NCBI GenBank assembly: GCA_963801355.1
Contig: CAWDEM010000008.1
Span: forward strand, 736,001 to 800,000
Direction of reading: 5' to 3'
Source: Ignavibacteriota bacterium
Lineage (GTDB): Bacteria > Bacteroidota > Ignavibacteria > UBA10030 > UBA6906
DNA: 64,000 nucleotides
Below are positions 10,175-21,740 of this stretch, one piece after another (positions within the stretch are counted from its first letter, which is position 1; the number at the start of each line of letters is the position of its first letter). Below the pieces are notes generated by a model. The model saw nothing but the letters and a program-made list of their open reading frames with translations. It had not been told where the DNA came from and did not search any database. The translations under genes were made by a program, and so were the position numbers.

Positions 10175-12772
10175 ATGATCGGCAAAGTTGTTTCCCACTA
10201 CAAGATTCTCGAACACCTCGGCGGCGGTGGAATGGGCGTTGTCTACAAGGCCCACGACACGAAGCTGGACCGCACTGTCGCCCTGAAGTTCCTGCCTCCC
10301 GAGCTCACCCGTGACCTCGAAGCCAAGCAGCGGTTCGTGCACGAAGCGAAGGCCGCCTCAGCCATCCAGCACAACAACATCTGCGTCGTTCACGACATAG
10401 ATGAAGCTCAAGACGGCGACATGTTCATTTGCATGGAATACCTCGAAGGCGAAACGCTCAAGCAAAGGATCGAGCGAGGTCCGCTGAATTTCCGCGATGC
10501 CGTTGATATTGCACTCCAGGTGGCGCAGGGGCTCACGAAAGCCCATGAGCACGGGATCATTCACCGCGACATCAAGCCGGCCAACATCATGGTAACGAAT
10601 GATGGGGTGGCCAAGATCGTGGATTTCGGGCTGGTGAAGCTGTCCGGCCGGACAATGCTCACCAGAGCCGGGAGTACGCTCGGTACAGTAGCCTATATGT
10701 CGCCGGAGCAGGCCCGGGGGGAGCCGACAGATCACCGCACCGACCTCTGGTCGTTGGGGGTGGTCCTGTACGAGATGCTCAGCGGCAGGCGCCCGTTCGA
10801 GGGAGAATACGAACAGGCTACCATCTTCAAGATTCTGAACGACTCTCCCGACCCAATCTCACGTTCTGATATTCCGAAAGCACTCGAGCGGATTGTGGCG
10901 AAGGCCATGGCGAAGGACCTGGCGTCGCGTTACAGTCGTGCGGAGGATATGGCGAACAATCTGCGTGCCTTTCAGCGCACCTTCGAGACTCCATCCCCGG
11001 TTCCGAAAAGATCTATGCTGTGGCCGGCCTTGATCGGCGGGGGTCTGGTTCTGCTCGCAGCAAGTCTCTGGTTTCTCTTCAAGCCTCATGCAGTCGGAGA
11101 GTTGCGCAAGTCCATCGCAGTCCTTCCAATAACGTCGATCACGAAATCCGAGTCGGATCAGGAATTCGCCGATGGATTGCATGACCATTTGCTGACACGG
11201 CTCGCGGGCATTCGAGATCTCACGGTGATCAGCCGCCAGTCGGTCCTTCAATACAGACAGACGACAAAACGTTCGAAGGAGATTGCCGAAGAACTCGGTG
11301 TGCAGATGCTCATGGAATCATCCGTACAACAGGCGGGTGGGCGCCTGCGGATGCAGGTGCAGTTGATTGACGGAACTTCGGAGGCTCATTTGTGGGCCAC
11401 GTCGTATGACCGCCAGCTCACGGACATCTTTGCGGTCCAGACAGACCTTGCGGAATCCATTGCGAGAGCATTGCAGGCGACGATCACGCCCGAGGAAAAA
11501 TCGGCTCTGGAGAAACCCTGGACGAAGAACAAAGAAGCTCTCGAACTCTACATGCGGGGATTAAATCTCTGGGCCGTATCCTTCACAGCGGAAGGAAATA
11601 TCAGGGCTGCTGAATTCCTGGAAGAGGCAGGCCGGCTCGATCCGCAGTTTGCCGCCGCATTCGCCATGGCTGCGTTTGTTCATACAAATGTCTACGCGCA
11701 GGGCAGATGGGATCCGAGCCCCTCGCGTCTCGCGAAAGCTGAGGAGGCCCTCAAGCGGGCGCAAGCACTCGACCCCGCTCTTCCTGAGACGCATATCGCA
11801 GCAGGCAGCTACGCCCGCCTGGTGAAGCGCGATTTCCAGGAGGCCAGTCGGGAGCTCAAAGCGGCTCTCGCAGTTAGCCCGAACAATGCTGAGGCAACAC
11901 ATGAACTCGCTTTCGTGAAGGTTCAGCTCCGTGAATTAGAGGAAGCGCAGTCCCTTTTTGAACGGTGCGAGATACTGGATCCTCTTTCACGAACGGGTGG
12001 CATGGACGCGCGGACGGTCGCGTGGGCCTTACGTCACTATGATGTGGCACTCAAGTTGAGCGAGCGGTACCTGTCGCGGTTTCCGGACGACCCGTTGTCC
12101 TACGTTTATCATGCACAGCTCCTGGGGGAGGGGTTCGGGGACCTTCCGCGTGCGGAAGAAACACTCCGGCAGGCACGGCAATGGAGCGCGACGCATCAGT
12201 GGACCGACGGCCGTGACCGTGAGGATATGGCAGAGGCGTTAGCAGCGATGGAAGGATACCTGACCTACATTCATCGAGATTCTGTAAAGGCCAGCGCCCT
12301 CGCGCTTCAGGGACAAGCTCACTTCGGTGGGAGACGTCTCCCTCCCCACATGCTCTTGCCTTGTCGCAGGCAGGAAGGTGTCCAGGCGTATCTCGATACG
12401 GTCGTGGTTCGGAACAGGCGCGCCATCCAGAGAGACAGCACGAATGCAATCGCTTGGTTGCGGCTGGCTCTGGCGAAGGCAATTCTGGGAGAAAAGTCCG
12501 AGGCACGAGATGCGGTGCGCCGCGTGGAATCCCTGCAGCGTCCATTTACCGATCCCTGGATGTACCAGGAATCATATGCTGAATGGCTTGCGAGTGCTTA
12601 CATCATCCTCGGTGAGAACAGCAGGGCGATTGAGATCCTCGAACGTCTGCTTGCCCGCCCGGGCTGGTTGACTGTCTGGAAGTTGCGCCTGGATCCGGTC
12701 TATGACCCCCTGAGAAAGGACGCTCGATTCCAGGCCCTTCTTTCGAAGTACGAGGGAGTCCAGGCACTCTGA
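10175..12772 (+). CDS. Membrane Ser/Thr protein kinase with TolB-like and TPR domains
   Basis: [31 protein letters not shown]; TM helix; SIAVLP domain; TPRs; C-terminal [13 protein letters not shown]. Confidence 0.93.
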   Translation: MIGKVVSHYKILEHLGGGGMGVVYKAHDTKLDRTVALKFLPPELTRDLEAKQRFVHEAKAASAIQHNNICVVHDIDEAQDGDMFICMEYLEGETLKQRIERGPLNFRDAVDIALQVAQGLTKAHEHGIIHRDIKPANIMVTNDGVAKIVDFGLVKLSGRTMLTRAGSTLGTVAYMSPEQARGEPTDHRTDLWSLGVVLYEMLSGRRPFEGEYEQATIFKILNDSPDPISRSDIPKALERIVAKAMAKDLASRYSRAEDMANNLRAFQRTFETPSPVPKRSMLWPALIGGGLVLLAASLWFLFKPHAVGELRKSIAVLPITSITKSESDQEFADGLHDHLLTRLAGIRDLTVISRQSVLQYRQTTKRSKEIAEELGVQMLMESSVQQAGGRLRMQVQLIDGTSEAHLWATSYDRQLTDIFAVQTDLAESIARALQATITPEEKSALEKPWTKNKEALELYMRGLNLWAVSFTAEGNIRAAEFLEEAGRLDPQFAAAFAMAAFVHTNVYAQGRWDPSPSRLAKAEEALKRAQALDPALPETHIAAGSYARLVKRDFQEASRELKAALAVSPNNAEATHELAFVKVQLRELEEAQSLFERCEILDPLSRTGGMDARTVAWALRHYDVALKLSERYLSRFPDDPLSYVYHAQLLGEGFGDLPRAEETLRQARQWSATHQWTDGRDREDMAEALAAMEGYLTYIHRDSVKASALALQGQAHFGGRRLPPHMLLPCRRQEGVQAYLDTVVVRNRRAIQRDSTNAIAWLRLALAKAILGEKSEARDAVRRVESLQRPFTDPWMYQESYAEWLASAYIILGENSRAIEILERLLARPGWLTVWKLRLDPVYDPLRKDARFQALLSKYEGVQAL

Positions 12773-12782
12773 GGTCCCCCCG

Positions 12783-13040
12783 CTATTTCGGATGCATCTC
12801 GCGCACTCTGTCCGGGTCGAACTTGGTGAGCTGGACCACCTTCGCATTTCCACGGAGGAATGTCGGGACGCTCAACATCGCCTGTGATTTGCTTTCAGCC
12901 TCCAGTACAGCCCAACCGGTATGAGCCCCGTCTTTGCATCCCCAATCGAAATGGGTCAGATATCCGATCGCGAGCGTTTCTTTGAGGGCTCGCACGCAAT
13001 CCGCAGCCGTGTGATCGGATATCACGAGATATCTTTGCAT
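12783..13040 (-). CDS. Small hypothetical protein (85 aa, possibly GYD/DUF3303-like)
   Basis: MQRYLVISDHTAADC...WGCKDGAHTGW; GGGAG RBS; lies 38 bp downstream of the TrxB-like gene. Confidence 0.65.
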   Translation of the reverse strand: MQRYLVISDHTAADCVRALKETLAIGYLTHFDWGCKDGAHTGWAVLEAESKSQAMLSVPTFLRGNAKVVQLTKFDPDRVREMHPK

Positions 13041-13078
13041 GATGTTCTCCCAAGAAGTGTGATCAAACTGCTCTGTGA

Positions 13079-14785
13079 TCAGACCGTGTCCAGATACTTG
13101 CGGATCGAGAAGATTGCCGCCGATCCCTCGCCCACCGCCGATGCCACACGCCTGTCGGAACCCGCGCGGACGTCGCCCGCTGCGAAGATCCCTGGTATAT
13201 TTGTCTCGAAGAGGTACGGATCGCGGTCCAGTGGCCATCCCCGCGGCTTCCCGTTCACACGGGGAAGGTCCGGACCCGTGAACACAAACCCCTGTTCATT
13301 TCGCTCCACCAGGCCGGCGACCACTTCCGAGTGGGGAGCTGTCCCGATGCAAATGAATACCGCCGAAGTGTCCAGAATACGCTCCTCCCCGGTCGTCACA
13401 TTTTGCAGGACGATTGACTCCAGATCCCCATTGCCACAGGCCTGAGTGACCTCGACTCCTGTGATGGCATCAATGTTTTCGATGCCTTTGATCCGCTCGA
13501 CGAGATAGTGCGACATTTTCTGGCTGAGCGCGGGCGCGCGGGCAATGATTGCAACCCGACGTGCGTACCGGGAGAAGAAGAGGGCCGCCTGCCCCGCGGA
13601 ATTCGCCCCGCCGATGATCGCCACATCATGGTTCCGGTACGAGGCTGCCTCGCTCAGTGACACGCCGTAGTACACCCCGCGACCATTGAATGCCTCCAAC
13701 CCCGGCACGTCCAGTTTGCGGACAGCCATGCCCGTCGTGAGCACTACGACATACGCCGAGATTTCATACCCCCCCGCCAGCTGCACGATCCGGTACGGGT
13801 CCGCCCGACGGATGCTCACGACTTCCTGTGCGCTGAGGATCTCTGCGCCGAACCGTCGGGCTTGTGCGGTTGCGCGCTGAGCAAGATCCGCCCCGGTGAT
13901 CCCATTTGGGAAGCCGAGGTAGTTCTCGATTCTGGAACTGCTTCCCGCCTGCCCCCCCGGCGAGCCTTGCTCGACCAGAACAACACGCAACCCCTCGGTC
14001 GCGGCGTAGACCGCATTCGCCAGTCCTGCGGGCCCTCCGCCAATGACCACGACGTCGTAGAATGGGAGTACCGGCTGTGTGTGGAGCCCGACCTTTTCTG
14101 CAAGCTCGAGGTTTGTGGGGGCTCTCAGGTGCGTGCCGTCAGGGAAGAGGACAACGGGAAGACTGGCCGGACCATCCGGGAACCCGGCCACAAGTTCCCG
14201 CATCTCTGCGTTCTCGTCAATGTCGATCCATTCGTAAGGCACCAGGTTGCGAGACAGAAACTCCCGTACCGCATGGCTCTGCGGTGAAAACCGTGCCCCG
14301 GCAACACGGATACCATCGAACGGAAGATGCACGTGGCTTTTCCACTCGGAGAGAAGATCGTCGAGTATCGGGTAGAGCTTCTGCTCGGGAGGGTCCCACG
14401 GCTTCATGAGATAGTGGTCAAGACCGATCTCGTTGATGCCTTCGATCGCCGCCTCCGTGTCGGCGTATGCTGTGAGCAGCACTCTTCTCGAGTCAGGGTA
14501 AAGCTCTCGCACTTCGGCCAGAAGTTTCGTGCCCGTCATTCCGGGCATACGCTGGTCGACCAGGAAAAGGGCGACCGCGGTCCCCCGTTTCTTCAGCTGG
14601 CGCGCAGTGTCAAGCGCGTCCTGTGGGGATCCGGTCTTCATCACACGGTAGTCATCCCTGTAGTGCTGGCGTAGGTCACGCTCGATCGCGCCAAGGACAT
14701 GGGGGTCGTCATCCACGCTCATGATCACTGGTCTCGCCACAGCCACCTCCGCTCTTCTGATCTTCTGCACAGCGGACAGATCCAC
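13079..14785 (-). CDS. Response regulator receiver / glutaredoxin-like / thioredoxin reductase-like fusion
   Basis: VDDD...DQRMP...KPW receiver; GGGPAG, IENYLGFP, GGANSAGQ, GDVR. The real start may be the GTG near 14740. Confidence 0.9.
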   Translation of the reverse strand: MDLSAVQKIRRAEVAVARPVIMSVDDDPHVLGAIERDLRQHYRDDYRVMKTGSPQDALDTARQLKKRGTAVALFLVDQRMPGMTGTKLLAEVRELYPDSRRVLLTAYADTEAAIEGINEIGLDHYLMKPWDPPEQKLYPILDDLLSEWKSHVHLPFDGIRVAGARFSPQSHAVREFLSRNLVPYEWIDIDENAEMRELVAGFPDGPASLPVVLFPDGTHLRAPTNLELAEKVGLHTQPVLPFYDVVVIGGGPAGLANAVYAATEGLRVVLVEQGSPGGQAGSSSRIENYLGFPNGITGADLAQRATAQARRFGAEILSAQEVVSIRRADPYRIVQLAGGYEISAYVVVLTTGMAVRKLDVPGLEAFNGRGVYYGVSLSEAASYRNHDVAIIGGANSAGQAALFFSRYARRVAIIARAPALSQKMSHYLVERIKGIENIDAITGVEVTQACGNGDLESIVLQNVTTGEERILDTSAVFICIGTAPHSEVVAGLVERNEQGFVFTGPDLPRVNGKPRGWPLDRDPYLFETNIPGIFAAGDVRAGSDRRVASAVGEGSAAIFSIRKYLDTV

Positions 14786-14934
14786 GCGGGTGATTCGTAC
14801 CGAGCCCGCTATGAAGGAAACGCATTATTGTCACAGAAGATTCCCGGAAGAGAGGGAACACTGTGGGGTGCCTTTCGGGTTGTTTCATGTAACCGGCGGG
14901 ACGTCGAACGAAAAAAGAACTGAAGGCTACACGG

Positions 14935-16356
14935 ATGAAAAACGAAGCAATAGTTGACCTCCTGGCATCACACCGGACGATTGGTCAGGCGCCCCGGGAG
15001 GAGCTGGAATGGATCGCCGCACACGGCACATTACGTCACTTTGAGGCGGGCGAGGTAGTCTCGAGCCAGACAGAGGTCGTAGACGGCCTCTACATCGTTC
15101 TCAGAGGCAGGTTGTCGATATATGTAAACCGGGGTACGGGCCGGCGCAAGGTAATGGAGTGGCAGGGTGGCGATGTGACCGGAGTTCTCCCCTATTCCCG
15201 GTTGCTTGCGCCGCCCGGGGACAGCATCGTGGACGAGGCGATCGACGCAGTATTCATCTCCCGCAAGGATCTGCCGAGTTTAATCCGCAACTGCTATGAA
15301 GTGACCGCACTGCTGGTGCACGAGATGACGGATCGAGCCCGTCGGTTCACTTCGACAGACCTGCGCGACGAGAAGATGCTCTCTCTCGGAAAACTCGCCG
15401 CCGGTCTTGCACACGAGGTGAACAATCCGGCCTCCGCGGCTCTGCGGGACGCAAAGTCACTCGCAGGCGCACTGTCGACCGCCGAAGAAGCCGCGCGCAT
15501 GATGTTTTCATCGGGCCTCACAGTGGAGCAACTGGGGGCGATAGATGCCATGCGGAGCCTCTGTCTGGGCCCGCCGGATCCCCGGATGACTTCGGGCCTT
15601 TCGCTCGCAGACCGTGAGGATGCCCTTGCCGGTTGGCTCAAGGCGCATGGCGTCACGATTGACCTCGCGGAGGATCTTGCCAGAACAACGGCAACAAACG
15701 AAGCTCTGGACAGGCTTGCGCGCGTTCTGACGGGGTCAGCCCTTGACGCAGCGCTTCGCTGGATCACGGCTGCGTGCGTTGCCCGATCGCTGGTCGTGGA
15801 TATCGAGCGCGCGGCGTCGCGCATCCAGCACCTGGTCGCTGCGGTGAAGGGATACACGCACATGGACAGGGCACCGGATGAAGAGGCTGTTCACATTCCC
15901 GCGGGGCTCACCGATGCAGTTGCCTTGCTGGAAGGAAACGCGCGCACCAAGTCCGTGGTCATCAGGCTCAACATCGAGCCGGACCTCCCTCCCATCCAGG
16001 GTCGAGGGGTCGAGATAAACCAGATCTGGATGAATCTTATCGATAATGCCATTGATGCCGCGCCGGAAGGCGGTCACGTCACCGTGAACGCCTCCAGCAA
16101 CGGGTCCGGTGTTGTTGTGACCGTTCTCGACGACGGTGAGGGCATTCCTCCCGAAATCAGGGAGCGCATTTATGATCCGTTCTTCACGACGAAAGGTGTC
16201 GGTGAAGGAACCGGGCTCGGGCTCGATATCGTTCGCCGAATTGTCCAATGGCATCGCGGCGAGATCGATGTGGATTCACGCCCCGGTCGCACGGAGTTTA
16301 GAGTCAGTCTCCCGTTTGGAAACGAAAGGCTCATCCGTCCCGCCGGACGTCCATAG
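14935..16356 (+). CDS. Cytoplasmic sensor histidine kinase with N-terminal cNMP-binding domain
   Basis: LAHEVNNP H-box, NLIDNAIDA, DDGEGI, PFFTTK, GTGLGL; no TM helix. Confidence 0.92.
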   Translation: MKNEAIVDLLASHRTIGQAPREELEWIAAHGTLRHFEAGEVVSSQTEVVDGLYIVLRGRLSIYVNRGTGRRKVMEWQGGDVTGVLPYSRLLAPPGDSIVDEAIDAVFISRKDLPSLIRNCYEVTALLVHEMTDRARRFTSTDLRDEKMLSLGKLAAGLAHEVNNPASAALRDAKSLAGALSTAEEAARMMFSSGLTVEQLGAIDAMRSLCLGPPDPRMTSGLSLADREDALAGWLKAHGVTIDLAEDLARTTATNEALDRLARVLTGSALDAALRWITAACVARSLVVDIERAASRIQHLVAAVKGYTHMDRAPDEEAVHIPAGLTDAVALLEGNARTKSVVIRLNIEPDLPPIQGRGVEINQIWMNLIDNAIDAAPEGGHVTVNASSNGSGVVVTVLDDGEGIPPEIRERIYDPFFTTKGVGEGTGLGLDIVRRIVQWHRGEIDVDSRPGRTEFRVSLPFGNERLIRPAGRP

Positions 16357-16543
16357 ATTTACCGAGGTGGACGGAAGTGCACTCTCGCGGAATCATGGCA
16401 CGACCGGGATAGGCAGCAGAATCCACGTTCGGGGATATGTGCTATGGTTAGAACGTAGATTGTTGTGAGCTTCACAGCGGGCCAGCTGGAAAATTCAATC
16501 CGAGGCCACTCTCTCTCCCTACACACAACGGCCGCTGTGAATC

Positions 16544-18982
16544 CTACTTCGAGCCAATCACAACAAGTGATTCCTTCAATCCGGCCGATGTTGCCTTCAC
16601 GCTGATGCTCCCGGCCACCTCTGTTGACTGGATCACGGCAAGACAGAGACCATTGAACGCCTTCCGGGAGCTTGCCTTGAAAGATTCAGCACTTGTCTGA
16701 AGGCCGTTGTCGACCCCGATGATTTTCCCCTCACCGACGACGGTGAATTCAACAAGGTTGGCCGCATCGGGAACAACTGTCCCCTTCTCATCCACCACGC
16801 TGACCGTAACGAAGGAAAGGTCCCTGCCGTCCGCGGCGATTAGCACTCTATCGGGATCCAGGACAATCCGTGCCGGCGCTCCGGCTGTTGTGACTTCGCG
16901 GATCAACGCCTCCCTGCCACTGGTGCGGCCGATGGCCTTCAACGTTCCCGGAGCAAAGGGGACGCGCCATTGGAGATGCAGATCGTCGTTGTTCTTCTTC
17001 TTCGAGCCGAGCGAGTGACCGTTCAAGAGGAGCTCCACCTCTGCACAGTTTGTGTAGGCCCAAATATCCACCGTGTCGCCTGGCTGCCAATTCCAATGGG
17101 GAAAGACGTGCAGCACCGGCGTGTCGGTCCACTCGCTCTGATACATGTAGTAGGCATCCTTCGGAAAACCCGCCAGATCCACAATGCCAAAATAAGAGCT
17201 TCGCGCCGGCCAGCTGTATGGTGTGGGTTCTCCCAGATAGTCGAAGCCTGTCCATATATACATACCCGACAGGAAATCGTGCTTCTTGATGATCTTCCAT
17301 GTCGCTGCATGTGTAGAACCCCACGGCACGCAGCAGTTGTCATACGCTGAACACGTCAGGTCCGCATTTCCGCCTGTGAAAGGGATGTCCCAGCGGATTG
17401 GCCAGACGCGCACACTGTCTGATGGCATATCATAGTGCCCCCGGGTTTCCAATGACGAAGTGGTCTCGGTACCAATAAAAGGCTTGTCCGGGTGGATTTT
17501 CAGGAAATCCGCAAACGTCTCGTGGTGGTAGTTCAGGCCCGTGAGATCGAGCGCCCCGGACCTGAGGACCGGGTTCTGCGGATCGACGTTGTTGCATGCC
17601 GACGTTATGGGCCGGGTCGCGTCGAGCTGTTTAACGATCCCCGCCAGCTCCTGTGCAATGACAGCGCCGCTGCTGTCTTTCATGTCATATTGTTCCATGA
17701 CTTCATTGCCGATACTCCAGATGACAACACTCGGATGGTTCCGGTCACGCAGAACCATATCTTGAAGATCCCGCCGGTGCCATTCGTCCCAGTTGACAGC
17801 ATAGTCGTATTCGGTCTTCTTTATCTTCCACATGTCGAACGCCTCATCCATCACAATGAACCCCATCCTGTCGCACAACTCCAGGAGCTCGGGAGCGGGC
17901 GGGTTGTGGGACGTGCGAATACTATTGACTCCCATCGCCTTCATGATCTCGAGTTGACGTTCCAGCGCCCGTCTGTTCACTGCTGCGCCGAGACAGCCCA
18001 GATCATGGTGATTGCAGACTCCTCTAATCTTTGTCTGCTTGCCATTCAGGGAAAAGCCTTTCTCGCGGTCGAACACGAACGTGCGGATCCCGAAGGGCGT
18101 CTCGTAGTCATCGTACATCCGGCCGTTGCTTTCGATCGTCGTGACGGCCCTGTACAGGCGTGGGGTTTCAAGCGTCCACAACGCCGGCTTGTCCACTCCC
18201 AACGCCTGGGAGATCTCGTGCGTTGAGTCGTTTGGCAGCATGTACTGTGACTCCACACGGGCGACGGTGAGTCCGGCATCGTCGACAACAACGGTTTTGA
18301 GCACGATAGGCTGATTCTCCCGGGACGCATTCCTGACTCTTGTAGTGATCAACACTTTAGCAGATGCTTCAGTCGCCTCCGGGGTTGTCACGACGGTTCC
18401 CCAATGATCAACACAAATTTTTTCCGTGATGACAAGCCGGACGTTTCTGTAGATACCCGAGCCGGAATACCACCTCGAATTCGGCTGCTCGGAATTGTCG
18501 ACCCTGACCGCAATGACGTTCTTCTCATCCCCGTACTTTAGAAACGACGTCAACTCATACCTGAAAGAACTGTATCCATACGGGCGTTTGCCGAGATATT
18601 GACCGTTGATCCATACTTCGCTGTTCCTGTAGACTCCGTCGAATTCGACAGAGACAAGCTTGCTCGTGTCCGATGCTGGCAATGTGAACGATTTGCGGTA
18701 CCATCCAATGCCGCCCGGCAGCGCGCCGCCTCCGGGGGTGGCAGGATGGTCCTTGCTGAAAGCCCCTTCGATGCTCCAGTCGTGCGGGAGGCCGAGAATT
18801 CGCCATTGGGAATCGTTCAATGCCGGTTCCTGGCCATTTGGAACATCCCCCAGATGGAATAACCAGCCCTTCGTGAAGAGCTCGGTCTTTCTGACGTTCG
18901 ACGGCGTGACCGAGCATGCAACCAGCGACCAGGCCAGGACGGCGGCAATGGCGAGATCACATGCAAGTGCGGAGGCTTTCAT
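16544..18982 (-). CDS. GH2 beta-galactosidase (lipoprotein)
   Basis: LPHDWSIE, RTSHNP, RDRNHPSVVIWSIGNE, WTGFDYLGEP; lipobox LVAC. Confidence 0.92.
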   Translation of the reverse strand: MKASALACDLAIAAVLAWSLVACSVTPSNVRKTELFTKGWLFHLGDVPNGQEPALNDSQWRILGLPHDWSIEGAFSKDHPATPGGGALPGGIGWYRKSFTLPASDTSKLVSVEFDGVYRNSEVWINGQYLGKRPYGYSSFRYELTSFLKYGDEKNVIAVRVDNSEQPNSRWYSGSGIYRNVRLVITEKICVDHWGTVVTTPEATEASAKVLITTRVRNASRENQPIVLKTVVVDDAGLTVARVESQYMLPNDSTHEISQALGVDKPALWTLETPRLYRAVTTIESNGRMYDDYETPFGIRTFVFDREKGFSLNGKQTKIRGVCNHHDLGCLGAAVNRRALERQLEIMKAMGVNSIRTSHNPPAPELLELCDRMGFIVMDEAFDMWKIKKTEYDYAVNWDEWHRRDLQDMVLRDRNHPSVVIWSIGNEVMEQYDMKDSSGAVIAQELAGIVKQLDATRPITSACNNVDPQNPVLRSGALDLTGLNYHHETFADFLKIHPDKPFIGTETTSSLETRGHYDMPSDSVRVWPIRWDIPFTGGNADLTCSAYDNCCVPWGSTHAATWKIIKKHDFLSGMYIWTGFDYLGEPTPYSWPARSSYFGIVDLAGFPKDAYYMYQSEWTDTPVLHVFPHWNWQPGDTVDIWAYTNCAEVELLLNGHSLGSKKKNNDDLHLQWRVPFAPGTLKAIGRTSGREALIREVTTAGAPARIVLDPDRVLIAADGRDLSFVTVSVVDEKGTVVPDAANLVEFTVVGEGKIIGVDNGLQTSAESFKASSRKAFNGLCLAVIQSTEVAGSISVKATSAGLKESLVVIGSK

Positions 18983-19212
18983 GAGCGGTGTCCTCTTGTG
19001 TGGCGAAACAGTGTTGTGTCAGTCCCTGATGGTTGTCTTTGAGATCCTTTGTACCAACCGTTGCTACCATTGGGTGTGGTGCACGAGCTACCCGTAGGAA
19101 TATGCCCCTTCTCTTCACTGTGACGCCGTCCGTTTTCAAAGCAGGGCGCTCGTGAGAGAATTCTGCTGGCGTATGGTCTCGGACTGGAGTTCCCAGCACG
19201 AACGCCTCAGGC

Positions 19213-21726
19213 TCAATCCTCTTTAGGACGATACGTCCACTCACACGAATCCGTATACGTCTTTTCCCCCTGTCTCGCGGTTACATCAATCCGGTTGCGC
19301 CCCGGAGCGAGCCCGATCTCATCCCAACGGATCTTGTGGATGTCCGACTCCATTCTCTTCCTGGAAACAAGAGTCCCGTTGACGCGGAGCTCCACTTCAC
19401 CGAGATTGGTGTATACTTCGACCGGCACAGACGGCTCCGTCCGGTCTGTGTGTCGCCGGCTCAGAAGATACAGCACCGGCTCCGCAGACCAGTTGGCCTT
19501 GTAGAAATAGAATGCATCCTTCTTGGTCTGGCGGTCGTGGGTGATGAGTCCCTTGTGGTTAATGAAATCACGATCGCCCCGCCGGACATTGGTCCAGCTG
19601 AAATCCGCCAGATTCCAGATGAATTTACACCAGATGTCTTTTCTATTCTTAAGTTCCTCCCAGACCTTTTCGTGGTAGAGGCGCTGGTACTGCTCAGGAA
19701 AGAAGCGTCCTTTGTCGGCATCCGGCCGCGGCGGGTTCTCCCGCTGCTGACTGATACATCCGCCCGCACCGTATTCGCTGAGGCCCGCCTTTAAGGTCGG
19801 CTGACTCCGGCGGGCCCGATCGAACCATGGGCCGTACTCGCCGAATTGGCCGTAGTACCAACCGAAGTACCAGTTCCACGCGGCGACATCCGTAATCAGA
19901 TGCCGCTCGCTTACCTGACTATTGTCCGCCTGAGTGGTAAGCCGGTCTGGATCAAGCCGCTTTGCCGTATCGTGCAGAAGTTTCAGGTCGGCAAACGGAA
20001 TGTCGATCTCATTGTAGAGACCCCAGAACAGGATCGACGGGTGATTGATGTTCTGCTTGATCAACTCGGTCAACTGGTCTCTGCAATTCTGCAGGTAGTC
20101 AGGATGTTTCCGGTATGCCGGCGTGTTCGGAATCTCGGCCCAGACCACCAGCCCGTGTTCATCGCACAGGCTGTACATCTTGTCTGCCTGCTGGTAGTGC
20201 GCGAGCCGCACACCTGTCGCGCCCAACTCCAGAATCAAATCCACATCCTTTTCGTGGTGGGCGTCAGAGAGCGCAGGTCCCAGTCCTTCCCATTCCTGAT
20301 GCCGCGAGACGCCGTAAAGGGAATACGGCCGGCCGTTCAGTATCAGACCGCTGTCCCTGTCGACGTGAAAGAAGCGGAGGCCGAATGGTTGATCCACTTC
20401 ATCGAGCACACTCCCCTGCGCATCCTCAAGCCGGATATTGACCCGGTACAGATATGGATCGGTTTTTGCATTCCAGAGATGGGGACGATCCAGGTGAAAA
20501 TGCTGAACAGCAGTCAGCTCCCCGTTGTTGTCGACCGCGACCGTTTGCCGGTTTCCGGCGACCGGCTTTCGCTCCCGGTTGATCACGGATGCCAGTACCA
20601 CGGCTTCGACTTTCTGTGTCGCATTGTCCATCAGCTTCCAGCCGAAGACCACGGAGGCGTCTCCGCCGGACTCGTTGTATTCGATCGCAATCTGCGTCTC
20701 CTTTCCGGCCTCGAGCTTCACGTCGTACGACTTCTCCGTGGCGGCATGTGTACCCCAATGGTCGATGATACGCCGGTCGTCCAGATACAGCCTCGAACCG
20801 TCGTCACTCTTCATCACGAAGCGATAGGACCCGGACCGCAAAGGAACCAATCTGCCCGTCCAGCGGATTGAGAAATGGTCGGCAGGCATGTCAGCAAGGG
20901 CGCTGCCTGCTCCGAAGTTGAAGGAAACGGCTTCATCTATCCGCGTGTGCCTGGGTTTTCCTTGAAACGTTTCGTTGTCGTAGTACTCACCATACAGCCC
21001 CGTTCCTTTCATTCCCCGGGGGGGCAGTAACTGAGGCGAAGCGGTCTGCAGGGGGGGCTCATAGCAGTAGCTCACCCTGGTCTCAACTTCGATTTCGGCT
21101 TCCGTTTCCGATACCCGGAGGGGTTTCACGGTGACGCCGCTGGAGGCGAAATCAAGGGGCGATACGCAAAGATTGTCGGTCTGGAACAGGGCCACGGGCC
21201 GGTAGATGCCTCCAAAGAGAGGATAGAGATCGGTTCCCGAAGGGGCGACTTCCGGCTGCATGGTGTTGTCCACCTTCACGGCAAGCAGGTTTTCCCCGCC
21301 GGCGAGGAGATACTTCGTGACCTCATAGCAGAATGCGGAATAGCCGCCCTTGTGTTTTCCCACGTACTCGCCGTTCACGAACACGTCCGCCACAACCGAA
21401 ACACCTTCAAACCTGATGTATGTGCGTGCGGCAGGCCAGTCGCGGGGGATCGTGAAGCTCGTCCGGTACCACCCGATGCCCTGATAGTACCGGTCCCCTT
21501 CGGTAAGAACATCCTGGGCGTTCCACGTGTGCGGCACGGTAATCCGGGACCAGTCGTCAGACGAGAGCAGTCGCGGACTCTCGGCGGAATGGATGTCGCC
21601 TTTGTGGAAGGTCCATTGCTTGAACTGCAATCGATTGCGATGCTGGAGAAAGCTCTGTGAAGACGCAGCAATCGTTCCGACAAGGAGCATACCCAGAACC
21701 TGACAGAGAACGCGATTGAGGATCAT
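19213..21726 (-). CDS. GH2 glycoside hydrolase with inserted PA14 domain
   Basis: VPHTWN, RLAHYQ, NHPSILFWGLYNE, SEYG; PA14 motif FSIRWTG...SDDGSRLYLD. Confidence 0.9.
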   Translation of the reverse strand: MILNRVLCQVLGMLLVGTIAASSQSFLQHRNRLQFKQWTFHKGDIHSAESPRLLSSDDWSRITVPHTWNAQDVLTEGDRYYQGIGWYRTSFTIPRDWPAARTYIRFEGVSVVADVFVNGEYVGKHKGGYSAFCYEVTKYLLAGGENLLAVKVDNTMQPEVAPSGTDLYPLFGGIYRPVALFQTDNLCVSPLDFASSGVTVKPLRVSETEAEIEVETRVSYCYEPPLQTASPQLLPPRGMKGTGLYGEYYDNETFQGKPRHTRIDEAVSFNFGAGSALADMPADHFSIRWTGRLVPLRSGSYRFVMKSDDGSRLYLDDRRIIDHWGTHAATEKSYDVKLEAGKETQIAIEYNESGGDASVVFGWKLMDNATQKVEAVVLASVINRERKPVAGNRQTVAVDNNGELTAVQHFHLDRPHLWNAKTDPYLYRVNIRLEDAQGSVLDEVDQPFGLRFFHVDRDSGLILNGRPYSLYGVSRHQEWEGLGPALSDAHHEKDVDLILELGATGVRLAHYQQADKMYSLCDEHGLVVWAEIPNTPAYRKHPDYLQNCRDQLTELIKQNINHPSILFWGLYNEIDIPFADLKLLHDTAKRLDPDRLTTQADNSQVSERHLITDVAAWNWYFGWYYGQFGEYGPWFDRARRSQPTLKAGLSEYGAGGCISQQRENPPRPDADKGRFFPEQYQRLYHEKVWEELKNRKDIWCKFIWNLADFSWTNVRRGDRDFINHKGLITHDRQTKKDAFYFYKANWSAEPVLYLLSRRHTDRTEPSVPVEVYTNLGEVELRVNGTLVSRKRMESDIHKIRWDEIGLAPGRNRIDVTARQGEKTYTDSCEWTYRPKED

Positions 21727-21740
21727 CCGGGCTCCCGGCT

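Noticed and set aside
16471-16541. 10-bp inverted repeat TTCACAGCGG/CCGCTGTGAA between convergent genes
   Set aside because: The loop is about 51 nt with no T-tract; not supportable as a terminator or attC.
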